Part shown: positions 12,047 to 23,539 of the stretch, one piece after another
Layout: each line of letters starts with the position of its first letter
Numbering within the stretch: the first letter of the stretch is position 1
DNA from: Heteronotia binoei
Lineage: Eukaryota
Direction of reading: 5' to 3'
DNA length: 64,000 bases
Assembly: GCF_032191835.1 (NCBI RefSeq)
Contig: NC_083224.1
Span: forward strand, 39,122,001-39,186,000
Made by a program: the position numbers and the translations under genes
Notes under the pieces: generated by a model
The model's input: only the letters and a program-made list of their open reading frames with translations
Databases searched by the model: none
Told to the model about the DNA's origin: nothing

Positions 12047-13829
12047 AATCCTAAACAAAGCTATACCTTTTGAAGCACATTCACTTCTTTTCAGGATTGC
12101 CCTGCAAATCAAGTAACCTTTAAGGTATCACAAGATGCCTTTTTGTTCTTGATGTAATGGACTTATATAACTACCGTTCTGGAATCTTATTCTGACTGAC
12201 TCATTTATCAATGTGGATTTTTAAAAGTAGGATGTTCCATATGACCCAGAAACTGGATGAGTGAATGATCTCCAAGATGTCCTAACACTAACTTTCAGTG
12301 GTGGTGCCGCTGTTGAAAGACGCTCAGGGCCAAATGACACATGACAGAGTCTGTGCATCCAAACTATGGATATTGCCACCATTTTAAACAGAGGTAGAAA
12401 TGCTGTAGGGCTGCAGTGCAGCAGTCTTTAACACTCTTTTAAACTAAGCTTGATAGCTCAAGACTGTGTTAAAAATACTTTCAGGAGTGCTGTTGAAACA
12501 CACTCAGGGCCAAATGAGACATACTTGGGTTGCCATCCTCCAGGTGGAATTGGAGATCTTTTGGAATTACAGCTCATCTCCAGGCTACAGAGAACAGTTC
12601 CCCTGGAGAAAATGACTGCTTCGGGGTGTGGGCTCCAGTACTCCCTCTAAGCTGTGGAGTCTTGTAAGCAAAAATTCTACGTCATCAGCTGCTGGCATTA
12701 AAGTTGTGAGCTACTGCCTAAATTATTGTGCTCTGGGGCCATTTTTCCTAAGACAAAAATGTGTGAGCTGGAGGCTAAAAAACTATGAGCTAGCTCACAC
12801 TAGGTTAGCTTAGGGGGGACACTGGTGGGCTCAATAGCATTGTACCTCACTGAAGTCCCACTCTCTCTCCATAGGCTCAGTCCCCAAAATCTCTAGGTAT
12901 TTGGCAACCCTAGACATGACTATTACTCTTTAAGGGGATTTAAAATACCACCATTTTAAGGGGATTTAAAAATATCACAGAGCTGCAGGACAGAGGGTAG
13001 CCCCTTGTTCTCACCGTTTGTGTGTTTTTCCAAGACCAAAATGGTTGTGCACATGTGTGCATGCACTCACAGTCATTTTGGCACTTAAAAGACATGGACC
13101 AATTAGGATTGGATCTTTTCAGCATTTTAAGATGGCAGCAGTCTCCACAGGTCATAGCTACTTGGCCTTCACCCAGTTTTGTTCACATGTACAATGTCTC
13201 TACCTCGCTCTGGACTCTGGAAAACTTATTCTGCACATTGGGACTAAAGCTGGTCATGCCAAAGACCGGCAGTATCCAGTACTAATTGCCTGGCAATGTG
13301 ACATCAACATTTTAAAAACTGTTCATTTGGTTTTGTTTTTTTCTAAAAAAAAGTAAGTTGCCAAGCAAAATTTAAATTAGACAAAATTACCTGCTCAAGC
13401 TCTTAATAACTTCCAGTGCCTTGAAGGTGGATTTTTGTTGGGCAATGGGAGGTAATTTCACTTTCTTTCCCTTTGCAATTCCTTACAGGCCTGCCTTTGT
13501 AACAAAGTCTTATAGCCAGGGGTGTTGAAAGCTAAGAAACACAGTTGGCCTTGAATAACTAGGTCTCATTTGGCTTTAATTGACCAAATAACCACAAGTC
13601 CGTCAACGGTTATCCCTTTGAGACAGTGGAGTGTTTCCTGGTTTTCCTTTACAACTTCATAAACCTTTATGACCTGTGACCAACTTCCAGTGCTTTTGAA
13701 TTCCTCCTGGGAGCTGTGCTGTTAATGGCAGTTTGCAGTCTGTGGGAATTAGCAGGCAGTGATATTTTCCCTCATATTCTGAAAAGCTTCATCTGCAGAT
13801 TTCTGTCCTCCACATTGCAGTGGAGAACA

Positions 13830-13910
13830 CACACTGAGGAAGTGTGCTTGCACACTAAAGCTCACACCTTGAATAAAACTTTGTTGGTCTTAAAGGTGCC
13901 ACTGGACTCC
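13830..13910 (+). mobile_element. Penelope pLTR fragment
   Basis: CTGAGGA-a-GTGTGC-tt-GCACAC-TAAAGCTC followed by gaataaaactttgttggtcttaaaggtgccactggactc. Confidence 0.75.
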
Positions 13911-14737
13911 ATCAAGGTCACTATTGTCTACTTATCCTCTTTTGAGCTCTTGTTTAAAAAAAAAAACCCTGATAAAAATGTGACACAGAGTTTCGGACGG
14001 GATGGGCCATTGGCCTGATCCAACATGGCTTATCTTATGTTCGTCTTTGGTGGTCAGGTTAGGAATGTTAGGAATATTCCTAGTTCATAGCAATTATCAA
14101 AGCTTAAACAGCAGAGGTATTTAAAATGAGATTTGTCATAGAGATTTGTTTGAAGAAGCCAGTCTTTTTTGCTTTTCAAAATATGGTTAGCCTAGGTTTT
14201 TTTGCTGATGGGAAAGGGAGGAGGGAGTCCTCTGGCCATGAAACAGGCTATAGTGAGGGTCATGGGATCTTGGATTGGGGGGGGTGTAGTAAGCAAAAAA
14301 AGCCATTTAAGTTGAACTCACAACCTCATCAGAGGGTCAAAATTGCAGGCAAAGTGAGCATTGAGCAGGAATGCTCAGAAATGCAGTTCCAGCTGGCTTG
14401 GCATCAGGGGGTGTGGCCAAATAGGCAAATGAGTGCGTGCATTTAACCCTTCACACACTTACCAATTTTCCCTTGTGAAAGCACCTTCTTGCCATGTTGG
14501 TAATAAAAACTTGAGAATATGAGTTGGACAAGATAATGGGTATAGCAGCCGAAATAGCTCAAACTAGACTGATTTCATTAGAATCTAAGCAAGGTCAGTA
14601 CTGGGACAGGAGACCACCAAAGAAGTGTGGGGCTGCTATGCAAAAGAAGGCATGGAAGACCACCTCTGCTTATCTCTTGTCTTGACAATCCCATAAAAGT
14701 CACCAAAAGTCATTTGTGACTCAATGGCACACTTTCA

Positions 14738-14940
14738 GGAGGGATGGTGGCTCAGTCGTAGAGCAGAAGGTCCCAGGTTCAATCCCTGGCATCCCCAACT
14801 AAAGAGGATCTGAGCAATGAGGTGTGAAGAACCTCAGCTTGAGACCCTGGAGAGCCACTGCCAGTCTGAGTAGACAATACTGACTTTGATGGACCAAGGG
14901 TCTGTTTCTGTATAAGGCAGCTTCATATGTTTATATGTTT
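14738..14940 (+). mobile_element. tRNA-derived SINE with a CR1-like tail (Squam2-like)
   Basis: tggctcagt.gtagagc A box, ggttcaatccc B box and tail gaccaagggtctg.ttc.gtataaggcagcttcatatgtt. Confidence 0.8.
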
Positions 14941-15046
14941 ACCTTAAGATAATAGGTTGTTGTGAATCACAATTTGTGACCGTAGGACAAATTTTGCATC
15001 ATGAAGCCCATAAACAGTAGCCTACCCATAAACCGTAACCTGGGGA

Positions 15047-15232
15047 AGGGGCCATGGCTCAGTGATAGAGCATCTGCTTGGCATGCAGAAGGTCCCAGGT
15101 TCAATCCCCACTATCTCCAGTTAAAAGATTTAGCGGTAGATGATGTAAAGAGCCACTGCCAGTCTGAGTAATCAATACTGACCTTGAAGGACCAAGGGTC
15201 TGATTCAGTATAAGGCTGTTTTGTGTGTCTTA
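15047..15232 (+). mobile_element. Squam2-like SINE
   Basis: Same head and tail as 14738. Confidence 0.8.
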
Positions 15233-15435
15233 TGGGATCTCTGTGTTCCATGCAGAGCTGGGATGGCATCTGACCAAACACTGTTAATTTTTTTTACAGC
15301 ACCTGGAGTACATTTTGGTTGATCCTAATGAAAAGTATTATACAGCTTTTGTTTGATTTTGCTTTGGACCAAATTGGCTGCCTGAAACTTTTCTTGAAAA
15401 TTATTGCAACACACCCCATACACCCAGTCTACAAC

Positions 15436-16081
15436 CAGGGCCACTAGGCATTTGCCTAGGGCACCAGCAGGGCAGGGGACCCAAAACTGGCCCACGCTCT
15501 GCCCCCTAGGCAAATCCCTAGTTGCCTGCCTGCTTCCCCCTCCCTCCCACCCAATTTTTAATGGCTGGGGAACTGGTGGCAAAGTGCCAGCTCCCAGGGC
15601 TCTTTCAAGGCACCCCCCCCTTCCCCAGCAATCAGCTGATTGGCAGGAAAAGCCATGGAGAGGCCAGTGGTTCCTATGCCGACCTTCTGGAGTTCTCGGG
15701 ATGTTCAGCTCTGGGGCGGCAGCAGTGGGAAAAACCAGCAAGCCACTGAAAAAGCGGCTGCCACTGCTGCTTTCTCCCCACTTCCTCCCTGGATTGTGTG
15801 GGAGGGAAGTGGGGAGGAAGCAATGGCAGCCGCTGCTTTTTCAGCGGCTTGCTGGTTTTTCCCCCTCCGCTGCCCCAGCACTGAACATCCCGAGAGTGCC
15901 GGAAGGCTGGCATAGGAGCTGCCAGTCTCCTCATGGCTTTTCCTGCTGATCGGCGGGAGAGGGGGGGTGCCTTGAAAGAGCTCTGGGAGCCGGTGCTTCG
16001 CTGCCAGTTCCCTGGGCATTAAAACTGGGAGGATGGGAGGGAGGGGGTGGCGCCACGGAGGAGGGGCAGGGGGCGGGCCTG
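15436..16081. mobile_element. hAT-like element enclosing a GC-rich inverted repeat of about 510 bp
   Basis: Termini CAGGGCC / GGGCCTG, flanks TCTACAAC / ACTACAGC (6/8), internal arms at about 15540-15790 and 15801-16048. Confidence 0.7.
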
Positions 16082-17244
16082 ACTACAGCCTGCACCCAGA
16101 CTACAATCTGCAGACTAGAAGCCTCTACATCATGCCCTGAAACATCCTCCCGCCCCCTTTAACTGAATACCCAGTCTAATGAATAGTTCTGCAGAGTGTG
16201 CAATAAATGAACACAGTGCTTGGTGAAATTTTGGTGGGGTGCAATTTAAAAAATAAATTAATCACACCACTGTTGTTTTAGGCTGAAATATGACTGTTTC
16301 TTTTCCCATGGTTTTTTTTTTAAGATTCTGTAGAAACTATTGTTTTTGTGACATTTCCTTGAATTGTTAAAATTAGGCCACGTGCAGACTTTTTCCATCA
16401 AACATTGTTGCTCAAAAGCAAAACTTTGGAGATAGGAGCCCCGAGGCCACAGTCTTAATAATACTGTATAATGTCGAATCGCTTTGTCGTATGTGGGTTG
16501 AAAACTGAGCTCAATATCTAGTTGAACTGCATATGTTCAGTCTTAATCCTTGACATCTGTTTTGCAAGCGCTGACTCCAGAGGTGATGAAGTGTTACTCT
16601 CATTAATTCTATAGAAAGCTCTTTTAAAGCCATGCCGATAGAATATAAATTGTAGGCAGATCAATAAAAAAATGACCTACAGTACATTTGCTCCTGATTT
16701 ATGGTTGCTTTGCCAGGGGGGAAATAATAAAGCTCTTGTATTCACCACCCCATATGTTACACATTATTTATCCTGAAGCTAAAGTTAATACTACAAAACC
16801 ATGTTCAGCAAAAACAAAAACACTTCTATGAATAGGATAGGCTGTAAATCATAACAAAACTCCAACTAACTATTGATTTTGCATTGTAACAAATGCAGTC
16901 AGCTACAGATCAAACCTTAATCCAATGAAACCTATAAGTCACATAATGTACACAGTGGCCTTAGACCACTGGTCTGTCTACTGCAGAGTCTCCTCTGATA
17001 GCAGCTCTCTGGTATCCAAGGCAGAATTGACTGCCCGCTGGAGAGACCAGTGATTGACTTGCTGCATGCAAAGCATGTGCTCAACCACTAAGCCTCAATC
17101 CCATTTTGTCTGTGATCTGCCCCCTTTTTAAGAGAGAGAGATGATGGCAATTTCCCTGGCACTCTCACATGGAGGGAAGGCTGTTGACATGCAGTACTGC
17201 ATTTACACATTTGATCAGATCCTTTCCCTTTCAAGGCAATAATA

Positions 17245-17527
17245 AAAAAGGTAAAAGTAGTCCCCTGTGCAAGCACCAAGTCATTACCAACTCATGGGAT
17301 GACACCATATCACAACGTTTTCTTGGCAGACTTTTTGTTATGGGGTGGTTTGCCATTGCTTCCCCCAGCAAGCTGGGTACTCATTTTGCCGACTTTGGAA
17401 GGATGGAAGGCTGAGTCAACCTTGAGCTGGCTACCTGAACCCAGCTTCCACCGGGATCAAACTCAGGTTGCGAGCAGAGCTTGCACTGCAGTACTGCAGC
17501 TTACCACTTTGCACCATGGGGCTCATC
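17245..17527 (-). mobile_element. Sauria SINE, full length
   Basis: Diagnostic core aggttgactcagcc.tccatccttcc...gagtacccagcttgctgggg, (ACCTTT)n-type tail and a 13-bp TSD CAAGGCAATAATA (17232-17244 / 17528-17540). Confidence 0.9.
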
Positions 17528-17638
17528 CAAGGCAATAATACTGGGCAATTAAAATTCAATCCTAGGACCAGAAGAAATTGTAGTATTGTTGGTTTGCCCT
17601 ATGTCCCATTGACTTCACTGAAAAGATATAGTCCTGTT

Positions 17639-17756
17639 CAGGGCTTTTTTAAAGCAGGAATGCATAGGAACGCAGTTCCGGCAGGCTTGGTGTCAGGGGG
17701 TGTGGTCTAATATGCAAATGAGTTCCTGCTGGACTTTTTCTACAATAAAAGCCCTG
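17639..17756. mobile_element. Short hAT MITE (CAGGGCTTTTTT termini)
   Basis: TSD GTCCTGTT / GACCTGTT. Related copies at 10514-10716, about 14355-14455 and about 34650-34740. Confidence 0.8.
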
Positions 17757-18042
17757 GACCTGTTGTTCTGATAGATCTGCAAATTTAATCTACATACAGC
17801 CTAACACACACTTACACACCACAGTCCCAAGCCTAGTTTGACCAACAGCCTGACGGATGGATGGGGCAATAGGGCCATTCTCCATCTGCACCACCAATAG
17901 CAGCATGAAATACTTACTGACACAACTCAAGTTCTTGGAAGGTAATTTTACCACTGTTATTTTCAAGAGTTCTACAAACATTAGGTCTGTAAATCATTAA
18001 GCAATGGGACGATCCATCATATGAGGGTTTTTTGGGATGCTG

Positions 18043-18240
18043 ACACATGAACATAAAACTGCCTTCTGAATCAGACTCTTGGTCCATCAGGTCAGTGTTG
18101 TCTAATGAGACTGGCAGCAGCCCCCCAGGGTCCCTAGCAGAGGTCTTTCCCAATCATCACCTACTACCTGTTCTTTAACTGGAAATGCTGGGGATTGAAC
18201 CTGGGGCCTTCTGCATGCCAAGCAGATGAGCTACGGCCCC
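18043..18240 (-). mobile_element. Squam2-like SINE
   Basis: Reverse complement of the same family. Confidence 0.78.
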
Positions 18241-19201
18241 ATTCTCTGCTCAATTGCATCATGCAGTTTTTAAAACTGATATTTTATTTGTAAATGAAAA
18301 CTATTACAACAGCAGATTGCATGCAGATAAACAGCAATTCTATCATAATATGGGAATGCTATGTGAGAGGCCACATCTGGCTGGTCCAGTTATGGTCATG
18401 ATGACCCCCCCCCCCAAAAAAAAACCCCTAAAGTGTCTGAGAAAGCCATGTTACATAAGGCATTCTAGTGCATTTCAACCCTTTCAGCCACCCAACACAA
18501 TTGTCACTGCACCCAAGTTTGTTTTGCAGGAAGCCTGGCACTGCTTTGAGTCTGCTGGGCACACCCTGACTCAAGGGGAAAAAATAAGTTCTGCACAATT
18601 TTTCCAGTGTGAGTTTAGGCCAACCAAAATAACATCTGGATTATATTTCAACAGAGGCAAGCAAAGGGAGGGGGAAACAAAACAGATGTATTTACAGGAA
18701 AACAAACATGTCCTCAGGAAAGTTAATCATGATGGCTAGAATCTAATTATTCGGTGGGGAGGGTGGAATATAAATTGAATAAATAAATTAATTAATTATA
18801 TTTTGTTCTTAAAAACCAAACATTTGCACTTAGATAATGATTTGTGCAGTAGAGCATGTTCAAAAAAGAGAGTTCAGTGCTACCTGGATGCACATTTTCC
18901 TATTCAGAAGGGTCTGGCCCATATTACATGTTATAGGGAGATGTGTGGGCGCTATCAATGCCCCCTTGCATCTCCCTGCAAATGTGCCCTTTTTGGGGGG
19001 GGGGAGGGGTATGACATTATTGGCTGACACATCATCATGCTAACTTATCTCTGCTTCTCAGTCTGCTTCACTGGCTCCTATTTGTAGGAAACAAATTATA
19101 TGATGAGGTCATACTGCTACCCTAGGAAGTACTTATGTGTGGCCTTTCACACATGTACCCATAAAATCTGGACCTCTTTGGATGTGAACCTTTGTATAAA
19201 C

Positions 19202-19483
19202 CAGGGGTGGCCAAACTGTGGCTCGAGAGCCACATGTGGCTCTTTCACACATATTGTGAGGCTCTTGAAGCCCCCACCACCCCGTCTGCTGGCTTGGAGA
19301 AGGCATTTATTTTGAAATCAGTTCTCCAAGCCAAGCCACCCAGCAGCTTGGGGAATGCATTTAAAGTTAAGGTCGCTTTCTTTCTAGCTCCCCCTCCCAT
19401 CTTCCTTCCTTCCTTCCATCCATCCATCTTGCAGCTCTCAAACATCTGACATTTATTCTGTGCGGCTCTTATGTTAAGCCAAA
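19202..19483. mobile_element. hAT (Buster/Charlie-like) non-autonomous element, one end only
   Basis: Starts CAGGGGTGGCCAAAC like the 136-bp MITEs; the other TIR is missing. Confidence 0.6.
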
Positions 19484-19730
19484 CAGATTGCTAGGGTTGC
19501 CAGCTCTTAGTTGGGAAATACATGGACATTTCATTTGGGTGGTGGAACCTGGACAGGGTGGGTTTGGGAGGGAGAAGAACCTCAGTGGGATATAATGCCA
19601 TAGAGTTCATCTACCAAAGTCCATCTCTGTAACTTGGAGACCAGTAATAATTCCAGGAGGTCTACAACACTATAGATTGCAGCTACCCCTATTTCTATTT
19701 TCTGGGGCAGCCCAAGGCCTAGACAACTTA

Positions 19731-19817
19731 AGAACATAAGAGAAGCCATGTTAGATCAGGCCAATGGCCCATCCAGTCCAACATTCTGTGTCACACAGCG
19801 GCCAAATATATATATAT

Positions 19818-19853
<36 letters not shown>

Positions 19854-20045
19854 TGGCTAATAGCCACTGATGGACCTCTGCTCCATATTTTTATCTAACC
19901 CCCTCTTGAAGGTGGCCATGCTTGCGGCCGCCACCACCTCCTGTGGCAGTGAATTCCACATGTTAATCACCCTTTGGGTGAAGAAGTACTTCCTTTTATC
20001 CGTTTTAACCTGTCTGCTCAGCAATTTCATCGAATGCCCACGAAC
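19731..20045 (-). mobile_element. CR1 3' fragment with an internal (AT)n(AC)n microsatellite
   Basis: Near-identical to 26030-26400 (aagagaagccatgtt.gatcagg, gtggcagtgaattccacatgttaatcaccctttgg). Confidence 0.88.
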
Positions 20046-20600
20046 TTATAGGAGTATTGACATAATAATACCAATGTCAGTCTTGACTTGGGAGAAAAAT
20101 AGCCCCATTACGAAGTATGACAGCTGGGAAAATTGGAAAGTTCCTTCTAAGGAGTTTGAGCAGTGATTTGAATTTTTTTCACCCATATAAACAATCCCTT
20201 GATGTTGCACCTATCAGATGATTCAAGATGCATGTGTAAATATTGATTTCTGCCTGGGTTCATGAATTTCTCTTTGTGGGCCTTAAGTTACTGGGCAGAG
20301 TTGTTTTTTACACCAAACAAAATAAGATCTGTGCTATATTTTAACAGAGGAACACCAGACCTTTCAGTCCAAAAGAGGGTAAAGGAAACAGATGTTTTTA
20401 CAGAAAAGCAGACGCAGGTTTAGAAAATCACAGCCCAATGTGTCCTCAAGAAAGTCATATGAGCCAGAAGCCAACAGGGTATTTGATTTGTTTCCCAGTC
20501 TCTCTCTGGGCTCAAGAGTTTAGATCAAGGCAAGCACGTCTATAAGTTGTTGAGGCCTTGGGCTGCCCCAGAAAATAAGAAAAAGGGGTAGCTGCAATCT

Positions 20601-20873
20601 GGAGCCAGTTTGGTGTAGTGGTTAAGTGTGAGGACTCTTATCTGGGAGAACTGGGTTTGATTCTCTACTCCTCCACTTGCACCTGCTGGAATGGCCTTGG
20701 TCTCTTGCAAGAGTTGTCCTTGAAAAGGCCGCTGTTGTGAGAGCTCTCTCAGCCCCACTCACCTCACGGGGTGTCTGTTGTTAGGGAAGAAGATAAAGGA
20801 GATTGTGAGTCGCTCTGAGACTCTGATTCAGAGAGAAGGGCAGGGTATAAATCTATGGTGGTCTTCTTCTTCT
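20601..20873 (+). mobile_element. tRNA/MIR-derived SINE (Squam3-like)
   Basis: A and B boxes, cctcacggggtgtctgttgt core and (TTC)n tail. Confidence 0.85.
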
Positions 20874-21127
20874 CATTCAGCATAATAAGGGGGAAAGAGC
20901 CACCTCAAAAATATATATATTCTCTTCTTGCAAAGAGAAAGCATTCTCCAGGTGTTGTAACTAATTGACTGGAATAGCAGACTGGCTCCAATTAACTGAG
21001 AATGATGAAAAAGGGACTGCTTCCAAAGACTTTTCCTCAAAGGCAAAACAATTAATGACTCCTCTGTGCCAAATATGATTGGTTGGTTGTTATTGCTAGA
21101 ATTGGCTCCCCTGATATATAAAGATGC

Positions 21128-21335
21128 TTTGACGTGGATAGCTCATGCTAGCCTGATCTCATCAGATCTTGGAAAATAAGCAGAGCCAGCCCTGGTTAGT
21201 GTTTGAATGGAAGACCACCAAGCAATTCCAGGGTCACTATGCAGAAACAGCCAATAGCAAACCACCTCTGGATGACGTCACTCTAGCCTTGAAAACTCTA
21301 CAGGATCACCACAAGTCAGCTGTGACTTGACAACA
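21128..21335 (+). mobile_element. 5S rRNA-derived SINE
   Basis: gcctgatctcatcagatcttggaaaataagcag...ctggttagtgtttgaatggaagacc plus the family tail. Confidence 0.75.
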
Positions 21336-21482
21336 TTGTTTACTACCATCAATATATTAAGATAACATTGGTCACTGGGACTTTTTAAAAGACATTTTTA
21401 AAGACATGAGTACCCCCAAAATTCCTCACCCATTGCTTGACTAGTAGAGGAGATTTTAAAAAACCCTACCAGCTATATTGGC

Positions 21483-22994
21483 TTGAAGGGCTCCAGACTC
21501 TTTGCAGCCTTTGTCGACTTTAAGGCTGCCTTTGATCTGATACCCAGATCCAGGTTATGGGACAAGCTTGCAGCTTCATCTATTGACAGACGGCTATTGT
21601 TGCTAATGGTTAGCCTTTATAGTAACTCGGGCATCAGGATAAGATGCTCATCTCAAGGCCATCTAACCCAACCAATTTTAGTGAACAAGGGTGTCAGACA
21701 GGGTTGTGTGCTCGCCCCCTTGCTTTTCAATTTCTACATAAATTCACTTCTAACCTCCTTTAATGATTTGGCTTTACATCCTCCCAAGCTCGCCGATCGG
21801 CATATTCCAGTTCTAGCGTATGCTGACGACGTGCTTATACTATCCAGGACGCAGATTGGTATGCGAAGGGCCCTTCGCCATCTAACCCAGACCAGTCTGC
21901 AGGAAAAGTTGGAAATTAATCTAGATAAAACCAAGGTTTTAGTTTTCACCAAACGTTTCAAGGCTCATTGCTGGTTTCTAAATGGCAAACCCATTGAGCA
22001 AGTGAAAATTATTAAATACCTGGGGGTGATTTTTCATTATCAGGGAAAGCGTTTGGCACATAAGAACTATGTTGCACAATCTGCGCAAAGAACAGCTGAT
22101 GCCATCTACCGTTTTTACATCTCCAAAGGGGCCAAATTCTTGCCTGCAGCACTAAGGCTGCATACTGCAAAGACCAGGGTCCAGTTGCTCTATGGCGCTG
22201 AAATTGCCCCTTATTCAACCACCAAGCCGTTGGAGATAGTACAAACTAAACTCTTGCGCAAGCTTCTGTCTGTTCCCAGTTGTGTGCCAAACACTGCCAT
22301 CAGGTTGGAATCTGGCGTCCCAAGCATCGAGACGTCTATGTGGTTAAACACCCTTTGTTACTTTTTGAGGGTTCTCTCAAAGCCAGGTGGCCTTCCCCAT
22401 CTGATTTTTTTCGACTCTTTTGTGGGAACTTGGGAGAAAAGGTGTCTAGATCATTTTAGACTCTGTGATCTCTCCCCTGAGTCCCTAGCAATGATGGAAC
22501 TGAGGGATGCGAAAGAACTTCTGCGCCTGAGGTTGGTTGAGCTGGAACTGAGATCTGCTAGAGCTAGTCTTTCTGCGCACATTTTCTTAGGGAAGCAAGC
22601 CGAAGTACTGTCCCCAGCCAGGTATCTTTTCAACATCACTATCCCAAAATATCGGATAGCTTTCTCAAAAGCACGACTCAACGCACTTTTCTCTTCGGTG
22701 CTTTTGGGACGTTACGCTGGGTACCCATATCTGGAAAGATTGTGCCCCTGTAATTGCAATGAGGTCGAAACAACTCTCCACATCGTTTTGCGGTGCCCTA
22801 ATTACAATGACTTGAGGGCAAGATTAATCTCTCCAATTCTCGGGTCCTTGGCGGGCAGGCCGGAGGATGAGCAGATTGCCTTCCTCCTGTCTGACACTCA
22901 TTCTGATGTTTCATCTAAGATTGCCCGTTTCTGTTATGTTGCTCAGTTGGAAAGGAGGGAAATTGAGAATGTAAATCTTGGTTATGAGTTTTAA
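21483..22994 (+). CDS. Reverse transcriptase plus C-terminal CCHC-type zinc finger (3' part of LINE ORF2; N-terminally truncated, no true start codon)
   Basis: 503 uninterrupted codons with RT motifs FVDFKAAFD, GVRQGCVLAPLLFNFYIN, YADD and KYLGV, and the C-terminal motif CPCNCNEVETTLHIVLRC. The TTG start is an artefact of the truncation point. Confidence 0.9.
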   Translation: MKGSRLFAAFVDFKAAFDLIPRSRLWDKLAASSIDRRLLLLMVSLYSNSGIRIRCSSQGHLTQPILVNKGVRQGCVLAPLLFNFYINSLLTSFNDLALHPPKLADRHIPVLAYADDVLILSRTQIGMRRALRHLTQTSLQEKLEINLDKTKVLVFTKRFKAHCWFLNGKPIEQVKIIKYLGVIFHYQGKRLAHKNYVAQSAQRTADAIYRFYISKGAKFLPAALRLHTAKTRVQLLYGAEIAPYSTTKPLEIVQTKLLRKLLSVPSCVPNTAIRLESGVPSIETSMWLNTLCYFLRVLSKPGGLPHLIFFDSFVGTWEKRCLDHFRLCDLSPESLAMMELRDAKELLRLRLVELELRSARASLSAHIFLGKQAEVLSPARYLFNITIPKYRIAFSKARLNALFSSVLLGRYAGYPYLERLCPCNCNEVETTLHIVLRCPNYNDLRARLISPILGSLAGRPEDEQIAFLLSDTHSDVSSKIARFCYVAQLERREIENVNLGYEF

Positions 22995-23110
22995 CAATAT
23001 GTGCAATGGTTGGCGTGAGGAATTTTGTGTAAGAGGTGATGGGTTTGTTTTTATGATTTTGTTTTTGTTTGTATTAAGCTGGTCGGATGACCGTGAATAA
23101 AGTACTACTA
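21489..23110 (+). mobile_element. 5'-truncated non-LTR retrotransposon, RTE-X-like LINE (young copy)
   Basis: Open RT frame followed by a T-rich 3'UTR, a GGTC-ggat-GACC hairpin (23081-23092), AATAAA (23096-23101) and a (TAC)3 tail. Flanked by CTTGAAG at 21482-21488 and 23111-23117 (7-bp TSD). Confidence 0.9.
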
Positions 23111-23539
23111 CTTGAAGCTGAATGAACTATTTTAATGTACAACCTTCATCAATACAGCAGAACACAATCTGTGTTCGGATTGTATTTTATGAGTAACAGT
23201 TTTTTAAAAAGATTAGAAAGAAATGGTACTGTATCTAGAGGATTATGTTTTTAAAGGTATCAGAGGTCAACCCTACCTAGAATCCATACTGGTTTACCCT
23301 TGAGTCAGAATATCCTTTATTCTGAATTAAAAAAGGGCTGAATGATTGTTTTTTTCCCATTCGTAGTGACTGTCATTGGTACTGAGAAACTTTACTGAGA
23401 AGATAGAGAGCATATATAAAAGAACCCTCTCAAGTAAACTCTTCCATTAGCATGTCACAGCCCAGAAAGCTCTCACAAGATAATGACTCAGCCCTACCCC
23501 ACCTGCCGGAGTAGATACAAATTACATGCCTACCAACTT

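Noticed and set aside
11805-12116. ORFs spanning the N run
   Set aside because: Artefacts of translating the assembly gap.
15325-16019. Cluster of 75-181 aa ORFs on both strands
   Set aside because: By-products of the GC-rich palindrome; no coding signature.
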